From an uncultured delta proteobacterium (GTDB taxonomy: Bacteria; Myxococcota_A; Polyangia; Polyangiales; JAFGIB01), in the NCBI GenBank assembly GCA_963778655.1, contig CAVZVA010000011.1:384001-448000 (forward strand): DNA of 64,000 nt, given 5' to 3'. The notes beneath the pieces were generated by a model. It saw only the letters and a list, made by a program, of their open reading frames with translations. It was not told the origin of the DNA and ran no database searches. Every line of letters starts with the position of its first letter. The stretch's first letter is position 1. Positions 9,652 through 20,797 of this stretch are shown here, piece after piece. The translations under genes were made by a program, and so were the position numbers.

Positions 9652-10857
9652 TCAACTCTTCAACAACCTCGCTCGCACCAGCAACCTGCGCGCGAAGCGT
9701 CGCAGGCGCACCACCCACAGCACGACGCGCAGCAACGCGCTCACGCGCGAGTCCGCGACCGCCACCTCGATGCGCCCGGCGAGCAGCTCCGCCATGCGTT
9801 GTCCGCCCTCGACGTTGAAGTCCAGCGTGCCCATGGCCAGCACGCCGATCACCACCATCGCCGTCGTTTCCTCGCGAAAGCGGCGCCTGAGCTTGCGCAA
9901 CGAGAAACCGCGCACGCCCAGCTCGCGCAGCTTGCGGTGATAGTGCCGCAGCAGCGCGTCGCCGTGCCGCCGCCGCAGCTCGGGTCGCATACCCACGCAC
10001 AGGATGCGCGTGACGTCGGTCGTGCCGTGGCGCGTTCCCGCCAGCCCTTGCCAATCGATCAGCGCGAAGCGGCCGCCGGCTTCGCTGGGAAAGAACACGT
10101 TCTCGAGGTGCAGGTCGTTGTGTGCCAGGGTCATCGGCGGCTCGCGCAACGCGCCCATCACCTCGTTGCCCGCCATCAGCTCGCCGAGCTGCTGCGCCAC
10201 CCCGGTCATCGCCGGATAGATCGCGCCGAACTGACTCACGAACGACGGCAGCAAAGCCAGGAAGCGCGCGCGCAGCCTGTTGACGACATCCTCGGACAGC
10301 TCGAGCCACGGCACCTCGGCGACGCGGTTCCACCAGCGCCCGTGCATGCCCGCGAGCTGCGTCAGCACCTGCTCCGCCTGCTCCAGCGACAGCCCCGTCT
10401 CGATGTCCACCGAGCGAGAGGGCGCCAGATCCTCGAGCAGCAAGCAGAAGTTGCCGCGCTCGGGGTCGAAGTGCGCGAGGTAGCAACGCGCCGTGCCGAC
10501 GCCGATCTCGGGCGCCAGCTCGCGGTAGAAGCGCACCTCGCGCACGTAGGCGTCCATGCCCGACATCATCTCGCGGGTGGGGCCGTGCTGGGCCGCGAAC
10601 TTCCCGATCAGCGTCGCGGGCGCGTCCGCCTGCTCCGGGTCGTAGCGCAGCTGGATGCGCGCGAGCTGACCCGCAAAGCCGCGCCCCTGACCGATGCGCG
10701 TGCTCTCAAAGCTGGCGACGCGCGCGTCTTGGGGCAGCGCCCCGGCGTGCCGCAAGCACGCGGTCAACCACCGCGCGCTGATCTCCTCGGGCCGACTCGG
10801 CACCACCTGGCCGTCGGGCGGCGGCAGGCTGGTCTCGACGTTGGTCCACTGCTGCAT
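9652..10857 (-). CDS. APH/choline/ecdysteroid-kinase-like phosphotransferase
   Basis: IGQGRGF, YVREVRFY, LLLEDL, HNDLHLEN (Brenner motif) and IDWQ. ATG at 10857; the ORF extension to 10926 reads into repeats. Confidence 0.85.
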   Translation of the reverse strand: MQQWTNVETSLPPPDGQVVPSRPEEISARWLTACLRHAGALPQDARVASFESTRIGQGRGFAGQLARIQLRYDPEQADAPATLIGKFAAQHGPTREMMSGMDAYVREVRFYRELAPEIGVGTARCYLAHFDPERGNFCLLLEDLAPSRSVDIETGLSLEQAEQVLTQLAGMHGRWWNRVAEVPWLELSEDVVNRLRARFLALLPSFVSQFGAIYPAMTGVAQQLGELMAGNEVMGALREPPMTLAHNDLHLENVFFPSEAGGRFALIDWQGLAGTRHGTTDVTRILCVGMRPELRRRHGDALLRHYHRKLRELGVRGFSLRKLRRRFREETTAMVVIGVLAMGTLDFNVEGGQRMAELLAGRIEVAVADSRVSALLRVVLWVVRLRRFARRLLVRARLLKS

Positions 10858-10871
10858 CGACAAGGCGCTCT

Positions 10872-10912
10872 CTAAATCAGAGCTCGCGATTCGGGCTCGA
10901 ATCACGAGCTCT
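10872..10912 (+). repeat. Repeat family B, isolated 5' hairpin
   Basis: CTAAATCAGAGCTCGCGATTCGGGCTCGAATCACGAGCTCT matches the first hairpin of family B. Confidence 0.8.
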
Positions 10913-11081
10913 AGAGAACCGAACATATTGAAACGTGTGCGAAGTCGGGGTCATGGCGGGATGCAGGGTGCGGGCGGGAGCCCGAAGGTGTAGTCCATCC
11001 TACGTCGAGCGGGGAGCGCGCGTGCCATGCGCCCGCGAGGGCTCCGAAATCGTGCGTGTTTCAATATGTTCGGTGCTCTAG
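10911..11081. mobile_element. MITE-like element C (171 bp)
   Basis: 24-bp terminal inverted repeats CTAGAG(A/C)ACCGAACATATTGAAAC at 10911-10934 and 11058-11081 match at 23/24, with CTAG at both ends. Internal core GGTGTAG-TCCATC-CTACGTCGAG. Confidence 0.8.
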
Positions 11082-11090
11082 CGGAGCATA

Positions 11091-12899
11091 TCACGCGCTC
11101 GCGGCTGTCATCGCCGCTTGGGACTTGGTGAACAGCGCAGCGTAGCGGCCGCCGCGCGCGAGCAGCTCGTCATGGGTGCCGACCTCGGCCAGCCGGCCGC
11201 CTGCGACCACCGCGACGCGATCGGCCTGCGCCGCGGTCGAGAGCCGGTGCGCGATCACGATCACGGTCCGGCCCCGCATCAGCTTGCGCATCGCGCGCTC
11301 GACCAGCAGCTCGGTACCCGGATCGAGGCTCGAGGTCGCCTCGTCCAGCACCAGCACGGCCGGATCGCGCAGCGCTGCGCGCGATAGCGACACCAGCTGT
11401 TTCTCGCCGGCCGATAGCCGCGAGCCGCGCTCGTTGACCTGGGTGTCCAGGCCCTCGGGCAGCGCACGAAAGCGCTCGAGCACGCCGATCTCCTCGAGCG
11501 CAGCCTCCACCTCGGCATCGCTCGCGCCCGCGCGCGCGATGCGCACGTTGTCGCGGATGCTCGCGTTGAACAGGAAGCCCTCCTGCGGGACCACGACGAT
11601 GCCGTCCCGCAGCGAGCGCATGCTGGCGTCGCGCAGATCCAGCCCGCCGAGGCGAATCGAGCCCGACGACGGGTCGTACAGCCGCGCGATCAGCTTGGCC
11701 AGCGTCGACTTGCCGGCCCCGGTGGGCCCCACCAGCGCGATGCGCTCGCCCGGCGCGATCGAGAGCTCGACATCGGACAGCACCAGCTCGCCCTGCTCGC
11801 GGTAGCGGAAGCTGACCTGCGACAGCTCGATCGGCCCGCTGCGCGGCAGCTCGGCGCCGCCCTCACGCTCGGGTACGTCGAGCGGCGTGTCGAGCAGGCC
11901 GAACAGCTTGCGCAGCCCGGCGCCCGCGGACTGCATCTGATTGAAGAGCTGGCTGAACTGCTGGATCGGCTCGAACAAGTTGGTCAGCGTCAGGATGAAG
12001 AAGGTCACCGTCCCGACGGTCGCGGCATGCCGGTGCACCAGGTAGCCGCCCAGCGCCACCACCAGCGCGGTGGTGCCGGTGCCCGAGACCTCGATCACCG
12101 GCAGATACCAGGCCTGCAGTCGGACCGAGACCATGTGGGCCCGATACTGCTCCTGATTGGAGCGCTCGAAGCGCTCGATCTCGACCGGCTCGCGTGCGAA
12201 GGCCTGGATCACGCGCACCCCGGCGATGCCCTCCTGCAGGCGAGAGAGCGTGGCAGCGATGCGGTCGCGCACGGCCAGGTAAGTCGAGGTCGAGCGGCGC
12301 GCGAAGCGCACGCTGGCCGCGACCACCAGCGGCACAGCGACCAGGCACGCGAGCATCAGCTGCGGTGAAACCCAGGTCAGCACCAGCGCCGAGAACACCA
12401 GCAGCAAGCTGCTTCCGATCAGCGTCAGCAGCCCGGTCTGCACCAGCTCCTGCAGCGAATCCACGTCCGAGGTCATGCGCGAGACCAGCACGCCGGTCTT
12501 GTTGCGGTCGTAGAACGGCATCGACAGCCGCTGCAGGTGGGCGAACACGCGCACGCGCAGATCGCGCAGAAAGCTCTCGCCGACCCGGGCGAGCACACGG
12601 ATCTGCGCCCGGTACACGAAGTACGACAGCACGCTGATCGCGACGTAGAACGCGATCGCGAGGTCGAGCATCGGCACGTTGCGGCGGGTAATGCCGCGGT
12701 CGATCGCCAGCTTGATCGCAAACGGGCCGGCCAGGTTGGTGGCGGTCCAGGTCGCGATCAGCACCAGCGCCAGGACCAGCTCGCGCCGCTGCGGGCCGAG
12801 CAGCTGAAGCATGCGCCGCAACAGCACGGAGAGGGCGACCTGGGGCGCGCGCTCGGCAGCCGCCGCTGCATCGCCGAGCGGCTCGTGATTCTGGGTCAT
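11091..12899 (-). CDS. ABC exporter, fused permease/ATPase
   Basis: TM domain plus GPTGAGKST, LSAGEKQ (degenerate signature), LVLDEATS and IAHR. Confidence 0.92.
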   Translation of the reverse strand: MTQNHEPLGDAAAAAERAPQVALSVLLRRMLQLLGPQRRELVLALVLIATWTATNLAGPFAIKLAIDRGITRRNVPMLDLAIAFYVAISVLSYFVYRAQIRVLARVGESFLRDLRVRVFAHLQRLSMPFYDRNKTGVLVSRMTSDVDSLQELVQTGLLTLIGSSLLLVFSALVLTWVSPQLMLACLVAVPLVVAASVRFARRSTSTYLAVRDRIAATLSRLQEGIAGVRVIQAFAREPVEIERFERSNQEQYRAHMVSVRLQAWYLPVIEVSGTGTTALVVALGGYLVHRHAATVGTVTFFILTLTNLFEPIQQFSQLFNQMQSAGAGLRKLFGLLDTPLDVPEREGGAELPRSGPIELSQVSFRYREQGELVLSDVELSIAPGERIALVGPTGAGKSTLAKLIARLYDPSSGSIRLGGLDLRDASMRSLRDGIVVVPQEGFLFNASIRDNVRIARAGASDAEVEAALEEIGVLERFRALPEGLDTQVNERGSRLSAGEKQLVSLSRAALRDPAVLVLDEATSSLDPGTELLVERAMRKLMRGRTVIVIAHRLSTAAQADRVAVVAGGRLAEVGTHDELLARGGRYAALFTKSQAAMTAASA

Positions 12900-14683
12900 T
12901 GCGCGGCCTCCGCCATCGGTGCGGCCGCCAGCACGCGGCGATAGGCGGAGCTGCAGGCGAGCAGCTGCTCGTGCGTGCCTTCGGCGGCGATGCGGCCGCC
13001 AGCCAGCAACACGACGCGGTCCGCGAGCGCAATCGTGACCGGGCGGTGCGCGATCACGATCGTGGTGCGGCCTTGCATCACCTCGGCCATCGCCGCGCGA
13101 ATCTCATGCTCCTTCTCGGGATCGACCGCGGAAGTGGCGTCGTCCAGGATCAGCACGCGCGGATCGGCCAGGATCGCGCGCGCGATCGCGATGCGCTGGC
13201 GCTGCCCGCCGGAGAGCGAGAAGCCGCGCTCTCCGATCAGGGTGGCGTAGCCCAGGGGCAGCTCGAGAATGAAATCGTGCGCCCCGGCCAGCCGCGCCGC
13301 GCGCTCGATCTGCGCCTGCTCGGCCTCGGGCCGGGCGAACGCGATGTTGGCCGCCACGCTGTCGCTGAACAGAAAGGTGTCCTCGAACACGATGCCCACC
13401 TGACTGCGCAGCTCGTGCAGGCGCAGCGCGCGCACGTCGATGCCGTCGATCGTCACGCGCCCTGCATCCACGTCGTAGAAGCGCGGGATGAGCTTGACCA
13501 GCGTGCTCTTGCCGCAGCCGGTCTCGCCGACCAGCGCCACCGATTGACCCGCCGGCACCACCAGATCGAAACCCTCGAGCACACGCGGCGAGCCCGCCCC
13601 GCCGTAGCCGAAGCTGACCTGCTCGAAGCGCACCTCTCCGCGCTGCTGGTCGCGCGCGGGCAGCGCGCGCGCCTCGGGCGCGTCGACGATCGCGGGCGCG
13701 GTCGTCAACACCTGCGCGGTGCGATCGGCCGAGGCGGTCGCGCGCTCCGCCTGCGCGATGATCTGCCCCAACATACGCAGCGGGTTGACCAGCAGGATCA
13801 CGTAGAAGTTGAACATGATCAGGGTGCCGATGCTGAGCTCGCCCCCGAGCACCAGGTGTCCCCCGTACGCCAGCACGCAGATCTGTCCCAGGCTCGGCGT
13901 CAGCTCGATCGCGGGCAGAAAGCGGGAACGCACCAGCGCCGCCCGCATCGCCATCTCGTAGACGCCGTCGGCAGCGCTGGCCAGGCGGCCCTGCTGAACT
14001 TGCTCGGCGCCGAAGCCCTTGATCACGCGCACGCCGGCGACCGACTCCTCGACCACGCTGGCGAGCTGCGCCGTCTTCTCCTGCAGGCCGCGCACGGTGG
14101 GGAACAGCGCCAGCGAGAAGCGCCGACCCAGCACATTGACGAACGGCAGCGAGCCGAGCGCCAACACGGTCAGCAGCGGATGGATCGTCAGCATGATGGT
14201 CGTGACCGCAGTTACGATCACGAAGTTGCTGAGCGTGAGCGGAATCAGCGTGACGAAATTCTGAATCTGCTGCAGGTCCGCGTTGCAGCGGCTCATCAGC
14301 TCGCCGGTCTGCACCCGATCGTGAAAGCCGAAGTGCAAGCGCTCGATGTGCGCAAACAACCGCGCGCGCAGGTCGGCCTCGGCGCGGCGGCCCTCGTGGA
14401 ACGCCATGTAGCGGCGCAGGCCGGTGAAGATGGCCGCCACCACGCCCGCGGCGGCGATCCAGCCGGCCCAGTGCAGCGCGGCCGCGGTCGAATCGCCGCG
14501 CAGGCCGCGATCGATCGCCTGGCGCACCAATGCCGGCACCGCGATCTTGCCGGCGGTCCACATCAGACCCGAGCCCACCCCCAGAGACAGCCCGAGGCGC
14601 TGCTTCCATAGCAGTTGGCCGATGAGACGCCGGCCCGGCCGCCCCTGGGCTTCCGGGGCAGCGCTGGCGAGCGCGTTTTCCAT
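12896..14683 (-). CDS. ABC exporter, fused permease/ATPase (heterodimer partner)
   Basis: GETGCGKST, LSGGQRQ, ILDDATS (non-catalytic Asp). 4-bp overlap with the downstream gene. Start could be 14746. Confidence 0.92.
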   Translation of the reverse strand: MENALASAAPEAQGRPGRRLIGQLLWKQRLGLSLGVGSGLMWTAGKIAVPALVRQAIDRGLRGDSTAAALHWAGWIAAAGVVAAIFTGLRRYMAFHEGRRAEADLRARLFAHIERLHFGFHDRVQTGELMSRCNADLQQIQNFVTLIPLTLSNFVIVTAVTTIMLTIHPLLTVLALGSLPFVNVLGRRFSLALFPTVRGLQEKTAQLASVVEESVAGVRVIKGFGAEQVQQGRLASAADGVYEMAMRAALVRSRFLPAIELTPSLGQICVLAYGGHLVLGGELSIGTLIMFNFYVILLVNPLRMLGQIIAQAERATASADRTAQVLTTAPAIVDAPEARALPARDQQRGEVRFEQVSFGYGGAGSPRVLEGFDLVVPAGQSVALVGETGCGKSTLVKLIPRFYDVDAGRVTIDGIDVRALRLHELRSQVGIVFEDTFLFSDSVAANIAFARPEAEQAQIERAARLAGAHDFILELPLGYATLIGERGFSLSGGQRQRIAIARAILADPRVLILDDATSAVDPEKEHEIRAAMAEVMQGRTTIVIAHRPVTIALADRVVLLAGGRIAAEGTHEQLLACSSAYRRVLAAAPMAEAAQ

Positions 14684-14805
14684 CCGCCGCACACCTATAA
14701 CGGCGCCATGGCGCGCGCCACGGATATTTTGAGCCAGATGACTCACGGCTCACCCGCTTGCTTTCCAGAGTTATCGGGTTTGCCGTGTTGCGAGCGCGGG
14801 CCGGC

Positions 14806-17403
14806 TCAGGGGCTAGGCGCGTCTCCGCCGGCCGGCCCGGGGCTCGGCTGCCCGCCGGCCCGGATCATCGTGTGGATTTGCTTGCCGAGCGCGTCGAACT
14901 GCGCGCCCTTGCGCTTGCGCGCGCGCTCCATCTCCTCGATCCCCTGCATGTCTTCGGCCTCGGAGCCGCCCGCGTGGTGCTTCTCGGTGAGCGTTTCGGG
15001 CGCGCCCGCGTCGGCGGTTGCGACCTGCCCGACGTCGCCGCTGGCCTCGCCGCTGGCCAGTCGGTGCAGCCGCGAGAACAGGCCGCCGCCGGCCTGGGCC
15101 GAGACGCCACCTGCTGCCGCCGCACTCACGCCGCGCCCGCCGCCACGCGCGAGCACCGTCGCCGCAAGCGCGCGATACGAGCCGAAGAAGCCGCCGCTGT
15201 AGAGCAGCGTCAACACGATCCCGAAGATCGGGCTCGATGCCGCCTCGCGCACGCCGCGCAGCATGCCGTAGAGCCCAAACGCCAGATAGAACCCACCGCT
15301 CGCCCACGGCAAGATGGTGCGCGCGGCGGCCTCGGCCGGGCCGAGCGCGCCAGCCGGCAAGAAATAGGTCGCGCACAGCGCGCACACCGTGACCGTCACC
15401 ACACGCAGCGAGATGGTGACCGGACGCAGCATCATCTCGCGTCCCTGGATCTGCATCGCCCAGGTGCGGACCAGCGTCACCACCGAGAGCAGCGCCAGGC
15501 CACCGGCCGCGAGCTGGGTGCGCTGGCCGAGCAACGCGCGCGCCTTGCCGCCGCTCGGGTCCCACAGCAACGGGATCGCGAACAGCAACACGAAGGCGAA
15601 CAGGAAGAACAGCAGCTCGCCCAGGATCCGCCTGCGGCCCCGCTGGCTGCGCTGCGCGCGCTCGCGCGCTTCGCGGATCTGCTCCGGGCTGGGCCCGCGC
15701 ACCACCGCACTGGCCTCGCGCAGCTGCTTGACGCTGCCGGGAATCGCCGCGCTCTTGCTGCGCCGCTCGGCGCTGCGCGCCGGCTCGGCCTTGCTCGGCG
15801 CGCCGGGGTCGCGACTGCGTGCCGCCGTTTCCGGTTTGCTCGCGGCCCGCTCGCGGAAAGCGCGCGCGCGCGCGTTGTCTTCGTGCTCCGACTGCACGAT
15901 GCGGTCGGCGCCCTCGATCGGTTCGAACGCAGCGGCCAGATCGCCAAGCGTCTTGACCTCCATCGCGGGCGCAGGCGCGGGCGGAACGGACCGGAGCGCG
16001 GCTGCGGGCGCGGACCGCGGCTGCGGCGTGCGCAGCGCGCGCGCCAGGCGCTCGAGCTTGGGCGCCTGGCTCGGCGTGATCGGCTCGAGCGTGATTTCGG
16101 GCTCGTCGCTAGGCTCGAAGGAGGCGAAGGCGGCTTCGCCGGCGCCCGGCAGCGGAATCACCGAGGGAATCAGCGGCGCCTCGGCCTGCGCCACGGTCGC
16201 GCCCAGCGCCAGCTCCAGCCGCGCCGCGTCCGCATCCTGTTGCAGCGGCTCGGGCGCGGCAGGCTCGGCGGGCGCATCGAACGCCGCGAACGTGGCCTCG
16301 AAGCTGGCATCGAGGGCTTCCTCGGCAGCGGAGGGCTCGGGCACAGTGGCCTGGAGCGCGGCCGACTCGAGCGCGGGCAGCGCGACGTCGCGGCCCGCAG
16401 CGGTTCGCCGGCCAACCGGTCGCGCCGGGCTCGCAGCACGCGGCTGGGACGGCTTGGCCGCGGCGCGCACCGGGGACGGTTTGGCCGCAAGGCGCGCGTC
16501 CGGGCGCCTGGCCGGCGGCACCTGCGGGCTCTTGGCCGGGGGCCGGGCGGGCTTGGTGGGCTCGGCCGGCACGAAGGCCTCGGCCTTGGCACGCGCGCCG
16601 CCGCCGCGCAGATTCGCACGCGCGCGACTCAGCGCCTCACGCACTTCGCCTGCCTGGCCGAAGCGCCGGGCGGGCTCGGGCGCCAGGCAGCGCTCGACCA
16701 GCTGCGTGAGCTCGCTCGGCAGGTGCGGCGCGACCTCGTCGAGCGCCACGTGCAAGCCCTTGGCCGCCGCGGGCGCCTCGCCGCACAGCGTCTCGTACAG
16801 CAGCGCGCCCAGCGCCCACACGTCCGAGCGCGCGTCCGCGCTGGCTCGCCCGTCGCGCAGCTCCGGCGCGAGCCGCGCCTGCTCGGGCCCGCCCTGCGGC
16901 GCGTGGGCGAGGCCGGTCACCTTCGGCACGGAGCTGCCGCCCTGCTGCTCCAGAACGACGTGCTCGCTGTCGAGCCGACCGTGCGCGATCCCGAGCGCGT
17001 GCGCCGCCGCCATCGCCTCGACCACGGGCGCGATCATGGTGATCGCGCCGCCCACCGGCATGCCGCCGGAGAAGCGCGAGATCGAGCGTGAGAGCGGCTC
17101 GCCTTCCACCCGCTCCTCGACCACGAAGGGAATACCCGTGTCGTCGGACTCGACCGCGAGCACGCGGGCCAGGTTGGGATGGCGCAGCCCGGCCAAGCGC
17201 TTGGGCCCGCTGACGAAGCCCTGCACCACCGCAGAGCGCAATGCGAGCTCAGGGCGCAACAGCTTGATCGCGACCGCGAGCGAATCGCGCCGATCGGTGG
17301 CGCGATAGGTGTCGTAGACCTCCCCGGCCTCCAGCACCTCGTGCAGCTCGTAGCGCCCCGCGAGCAGCTCGCCTGTTCGATTCTCGCGGGCTGCTGCCCC
17401 CAT
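14806..17403 (-). CDS. Degenerate Ser/Thr kinase (pseudokinase) with long linker and C-terminal multi-TM domain
   Basis: Kinase-fold markers GRYEL, VAIKLL, HPNLARV, APE and SDVWALG are present; HRD reads HGR and DFG reads TGL. About 5 TM near the C-terminus. Confidence 0.8.
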   Translation of the reverse strand: MGAAARENRTGELLAGRYELHEVLEAGEVYDTYRATDRRDSLAVAIKLLRPELALRSAVVQGFVSGPKRLAGLRHPNLARVLAVESDDTGIPFVVEERVEGEPLSRSISRFSGGMPVGGAITMIAPVVEAMAAAHALGIAHGRLDSEHVVLEQQGGSSVPKVTGLAHAPQGGPEQARLAPELRDGRASADARSDVWALGALLYETLCGEAPAAAKGLHVALDEVAPHLPSELTQLVERCLAPEPARRFGQAGEVREALSRARANLRGGGARAKAEAFVPAEPTKPARPPAKSPQVPPARRPDARLAAKPSPVRAAAKPSQPRAASPARPVGRRTAAGRDVALPALESAALQATVPEPSAAEEALDASFEATFAAFDAPAEPAAPEPLQQDADAARLELALGATVAQAEAPLIPSVIPLPGAGEAAFASFEPSDEPEITLEPITPSQAPKLERLARALRTPQPRSAPAAALRSVPPAPAPAMEVKTLGDLAAAFEPIEGADRIVQSEHEDNARARAFRERAASKPETAARSRDPGAPSKAEPARSAERRSKSAAIPGSVKQLREASAVVRGPSPEQIREARERAQRSQRGRRRILGELLFFLFAFVLLFAIPLLWDPSGGKARALLGQRTQLAAGGLALLSVVTLVRTWAMQIQGREMMLRPVTISLRVVTVTVCALCATYFLPAGALGPAEAAARTILPWASGGFYLAFGLYGMLRGVREAASSPIFGIVLTLLYSGGFFGSYRALAATVLARGGGRGVSAAAAGGVSAQAGGGLFSRLHRLASGEASGDVGQVATADAGAPETLTEKHHAGGSEAEDMQGIEEMERARKRKGAQFDALGKQIHTMIRAGGQPSPGPAGGDAPSP

Positions 17404-17579
17404 GGAGCAAGAATTATCGCCGACTTCGGGCTGCGCACCAAGCCGTCGTCGCGCCCTTCGCCCGCGCAGCACGCGCGCGCGATTGCATTCCTCCCACCGT
17501 GTGCGATGACTCGGTTGCCGCGGGCTGCACGGCGTCTATGTGGTCCCGAGCCCACCCGCGCGCAGCTGCCCGAGGGCCC

Positions 17580-18293
17580 GTGTCCAGCCGACCTCATGTT
17601 CTCGATGGCCGCGGCCTGACCAAGGTGTACCGGATGGGCGAGGTGGATGTGCACGCGCTGCGCGGCGTGGACGTATGCCTCTACGAAGGCGAGTTCATCG
17701 TGCTGCTCGGGCCCTCCGGCAGCGGCAAGTCCACGCTGCTGAACATCCTGGGCGGGCTTGACGTGCCGACCGAGGGACGCGTGATCTACCGGGATCAGGA
17801 TCTCACGCACGCCGACGAGGAGACCCTCACCCGGTTCCGGCGCGACCACGTTGGCTTCGTGTTCCAGTTCTACAACCTGATCCCCAGCCTGACCGCGCGC
17901 GAAAACGTCGCGCTGGTGACCGAGATCGCGCCGCGGCCCATCACACCCGAGGAAGCGCTCGCGCTGGTGGGCCTGGGCGATCGGCTCGACCACTTCCCGG
18001 CCCAGCTCTCCGGCGGCGAGCAGCAGCGGGTGGCGATCGCGCGCGCGGTGGCCAAGCAGCCCGACCTGCTGCTGTGCGACGAGCCGACCGGCGCGCTCGA
18101 CGCCGAGACCGGACGGCGCGTGCTGCAGGTGCTCGAACAGGTCAACCGCCAGCTCGGGACCACCACCGCGATTATCACCCACAACGCGCCGATCGCGGCG
18201 ATGGCCGATCGCGTGCTCACGTTGCACGACGGCCGCATCAAGAGCGAGCAGCGCAACACGAACAAGGCCAGCGCCGAGGCGATCTCGTGGTAA
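17580..18293 (+). CDS. ABC ATP-binding protein (LolD/MacB-like)
   Basis: [41 protein letters not shown]. Start lies between 17499 and 17580. Confidence 0.92.
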   Translation: MSSRPHVLDGRGLTKVYRMGEVDVHALRGVDVCLYEGEFIVLLGPSGSGKSTLLNILGGLDVPTEGRVIYRDQDLTHADEETLTRFRRDHVGFVFQFYNLIPSLTARENVALVTEIAPRPITPEEALALVGLGDRLDHFPAQLSGGEQQRVAIARAVAKQPDLLLCDEPTGALDAETGRRVLQVLEQVNRQLGTTTAIITHNAPIAAMADRVLTLHDGRIKSEQRNTNKASAEAISW

Positions 18294-20653
18294 GGGCGAT
18301 CGACCGCAAGCTGCTGCGCGACCTCGGCCAGATGACAGGCCAGGTGATCACCATCGCGCTGGTGGTCGCCTGCGGGATCGCCAGCTACGTGGCGACCAAG
18401 GGCACCTACTACTCGCTGCTGCGGGCACGCGACGGCTACTACGAGCGCAACCGCTTCGCGGACGTGTTCGCGCACCTGGAGCGCGCGCCGGCCTCGCTGC
18501 GCCGGCGGATCGAGGCCATCGACGGCGTAGCCCGCGCGGAGCTGCGCGTGGTGCAGCGGGTCAGCGTGCCGATCGCGAGCATGCCCGAGCCGGCGATCGC
18601 CCAGCTGGTCTCGCTGCCTGCGCGCGGCGTGCCGGCGCTGGGCGCGATCTCGCTGCGCGAGGGGCGCATGTTCGAGCCGGGGCGCGCGGACGAGGTGGTG
18701 GTGCTGGAGGCGTTCGCACGCGGCCACCATCTGGCCATCGGCGACAAGCTGCCAGTGGTGATCGCGGGCATTCGGCGCGAGCTGCGCATCGTGGGCACCG
18801 CGCTCAGCCCGGAGTTCGTGTTCTCGATCGCACCCGGCGAGATGACGCCCGACCCGCGCCGCTTCGGCGTGCTGTGGATGGACCAGAGCGTGGTGTCGGC
18901 GGCATTCGTGATGCGGGGCGCGTTCGACGACCTGCTGGTGCGGCTGCAACCGGGCGCATCGGAGCCGGCGGTGATCGAGGCGCTCGACCGCCTGCTCGAG
19001 CCCTACGGCTGTCGCGGCGCCCACGGCCGCGACAAGCAGCTCTCGAACAACGTGCTGCGCGGCGAGCTGGCGCAGCTCGAGACGCTGACCACGCTGCTGC
19101 CGACCATTTTCCTGTGCGTGGCGGCGTTCCTGATCAACGTCGTGCTCTCGCGCCTGGTCCAGTTGCAGCGGCCCCAGATCGCCACGCTCAAGGCGGTCGG
19201 CTACGGCCGCAGGCAGGTCGGCCTGCACTACCTGAAGCTGGTGTCGGTGGTCGTGCTGGGCGGGTCGGTGCTGGGGGTGGCGGTCGGAGCCTGGCTGGGC
19301 GGCGAGCTGACCCAGCTGTACACCCGCTACTTCCACTTTCCCTCGCTCGCGTTCACCCTCGAGCCGCGTCTGCTGATCCTGGCGCTCGGCAGCAGCCTGC
19401 TGGCCGCGGTGGCTGGCGCGCTCGGCGCGGTGCGCGCGGTGATGCGGCTGCCGCCCGCCGAGGCGATGCGGCCCGAGGCGCCCACCAGCTACCGGCGCGG
19501 CATCAGCGAGCGCATCGGCTTGCCGCTGCTGTTCGGGCAGGCCGCCCAGATGGTGCTGCGCGAGATCGAGCGCAGGCCGCTGCGCGCGCTGCTGTCGTCG
19601 CTGGGCATCGCGATGTCGGTCGCGGTGCTGATCGCGGGCCGCTTCGGCAGCGACGCGGTCGAGTGGTACATGCAGGTACAATTCGAGCTCTCGCAGCGCG
19701 AGGACATGAACGTCAGCTTTCGCCGCCCCCTGCCGGAGCGCGCGCTGCGCGAGCTGGCGCACCTGCCGGGCGTGCGTCGCACCGAGGGCCTGCGCCTGGT
19801 CGCCGTACGCTACCGCGCCGGGCCGAGATCGCGCGAGAGCGTGCTGTTCGGACACCCCGCGCACGCCAAGCTGCGCCGCGTGCTCGATCGCGACGGCAGC
19901 CTCGAAACACCGCCCGAGCACGGCGTGCTGCTGACGCGCACGCTGGCGCAGATCCTCGGCGTGCGCATAGGCGATCAGATCGAGATCGAGGTGCTCGAAG
20001 GCCAGCGCGGGCGGCACCAGGTCGTGGTGGCGGGGCTCGCGGACGAGGTCTTCGGGTTGTTCGGCCACATGCAAGCCGACTCGCTGGCTCGCCTGCTGGG
20101 CAGTGAGCCGATGATCTCGATGGCCCTGCTCAGCGTCGACCCCGACAAGCGCGAGCAGCTCGAGCGAGCGCTCAAGGCGCGCCCGGAGGTGCTGGGCGTG
20201 AACCGGCTCGACAACCTGCTGCAGCAGTTCCGCGAGCAGACCGCGGGCCAGATGCGTTTCACCACCCTGATCCTCACCATATTCGCCGCCGTGATCGCGT
20301 GCGGCGTGATCTACAACAACGCCCGCATCGCGCTCTCGACGCGCAGCCGCGACCTGGCGAGCCTGCGCGTGCTGGGCTTTCGGCGCGGCGAGATCTCCGC
20401 CATCTTGCTCGGCGAGCTGGCGATCCAGGTGCTGGTCGCGCTGGTGCCGGGCATGTGGCTCGGCGGCGTCATCGCCGGCCAGATGATGGCCCACGCCGAC
20501 CCCGAAATGTATCGCTTCCCGGTGGTGATCTCCGCCCGCACCTACGCCTTCGCGGCGCTGGTCACGCTGGTCGCCTCGCTCGCGAGCGCGCTGGTGGTGC
20601 GCCGGAAGCTCGACCGGCTCGACCTGATCGGCGTGCTCAAGAGCCGCGAGTGA
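18287..20653 (+). CDS. FtsX/MacB-like ABC permease (two repeats)
   Basis: [11 protein letters not shown] start, QIATLKAVG and DLASLRVLG repeats. GTG overlaps the ATPase stop. Confidence 0.9.
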   Translation: MVRAIDRKLLRDLGQMTGQVITIALVVACGIASYVATKGTYYSLLRARDGYYERNRFADVFAHLERAPASLRRRIEAIDGVARAELRVVQRVSVPIASMPEPAIAQLVSLPARGVPALGAISLREGRMFEPGRADEVVVLEAFARGHHLAIGDKLPVVIAGIRRELRIVGTALSPEFVFSIAPGEMTPDPRRFGVLWMDQSVVSAAFVMRGAFDDLLVRLQPGASEPAVIEALDRLLEPYGCRGAHGRDKQLSNNVLRGELAQLETLTTLLPTIFLCVAAFLINVVLSRLVQLQRPQIATLKAVGYGRRQVGLHYLKLVSVVVLGGSVLGVAVGAWLGGELTQLYTRYFHFPSLAFTLEPRLLILALGSSLLAAVAGALGAVRAVMRLPPAEAMRPEAPTSYRRGISERIGLPLLFGQAAQMVLREIERRPLRALLSSLGIAMSVAVLIAGRFGSDAVEWYMQVQFELSQREDMNVSFRRPLPERALRELAHLPGVRRTEGLRLVAVRYRAGPRSRESVLFGHPAHAKLRRVLDRDGSLETPPEHGVLLTRTLAQILGVRIGDQIEIEVLEGQRGRHQVVVAGLADEVFGLFGHMQADSLARLLGSEPMISMALLSVDPDKREQLERALKARPEVLGVNRLDNLLQQFREQTAGQMRFTTLILTIFAAVIACGVIYNNARIALSTRSRDLASLRVLGFRRGEISAILLGELAIQVLVALVPGMWLGGVIAGQMMAHADPEMYRFPVVISARTYAFAALVTLVASLASALVVRRKLDRLDLIGVLKSRE

Positions 20654-20685
20654 GCAGGACCGACACGCATGCGTTCGGACCAAGA

Positions 20686-20748
20686 TTCACGGCAAGGCGG
20701 GAAGCCCGGATCCATGTTGTTCTTCCCATCTTGCCGCCTTCCTGTTGC
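20686..20748. repeat. REP-like hairpin family D, degenerate copy
   Basis: GCAAGGCGGGAAG...CTTCCCATCTTGCCGCCTTCCTGT resembles 22131-22191. Confidence 0.65.
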
Positions 20749-20797
20749 ACTCTCCGGAGTTTGCCTCCAAGGCGGAAGCTGAAACGAGCGTGGAGCC

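Noticed and set aside
17870..20683. Long alternative ORFs (e.g. 937 aa minus; also 27648-30605, 28169-31621, 35241-38081, 14758-17091)
   Set aside because: Arg/Ala/Pro-rich shadow frames overlapping well-supported genes, as expected at this GC content.
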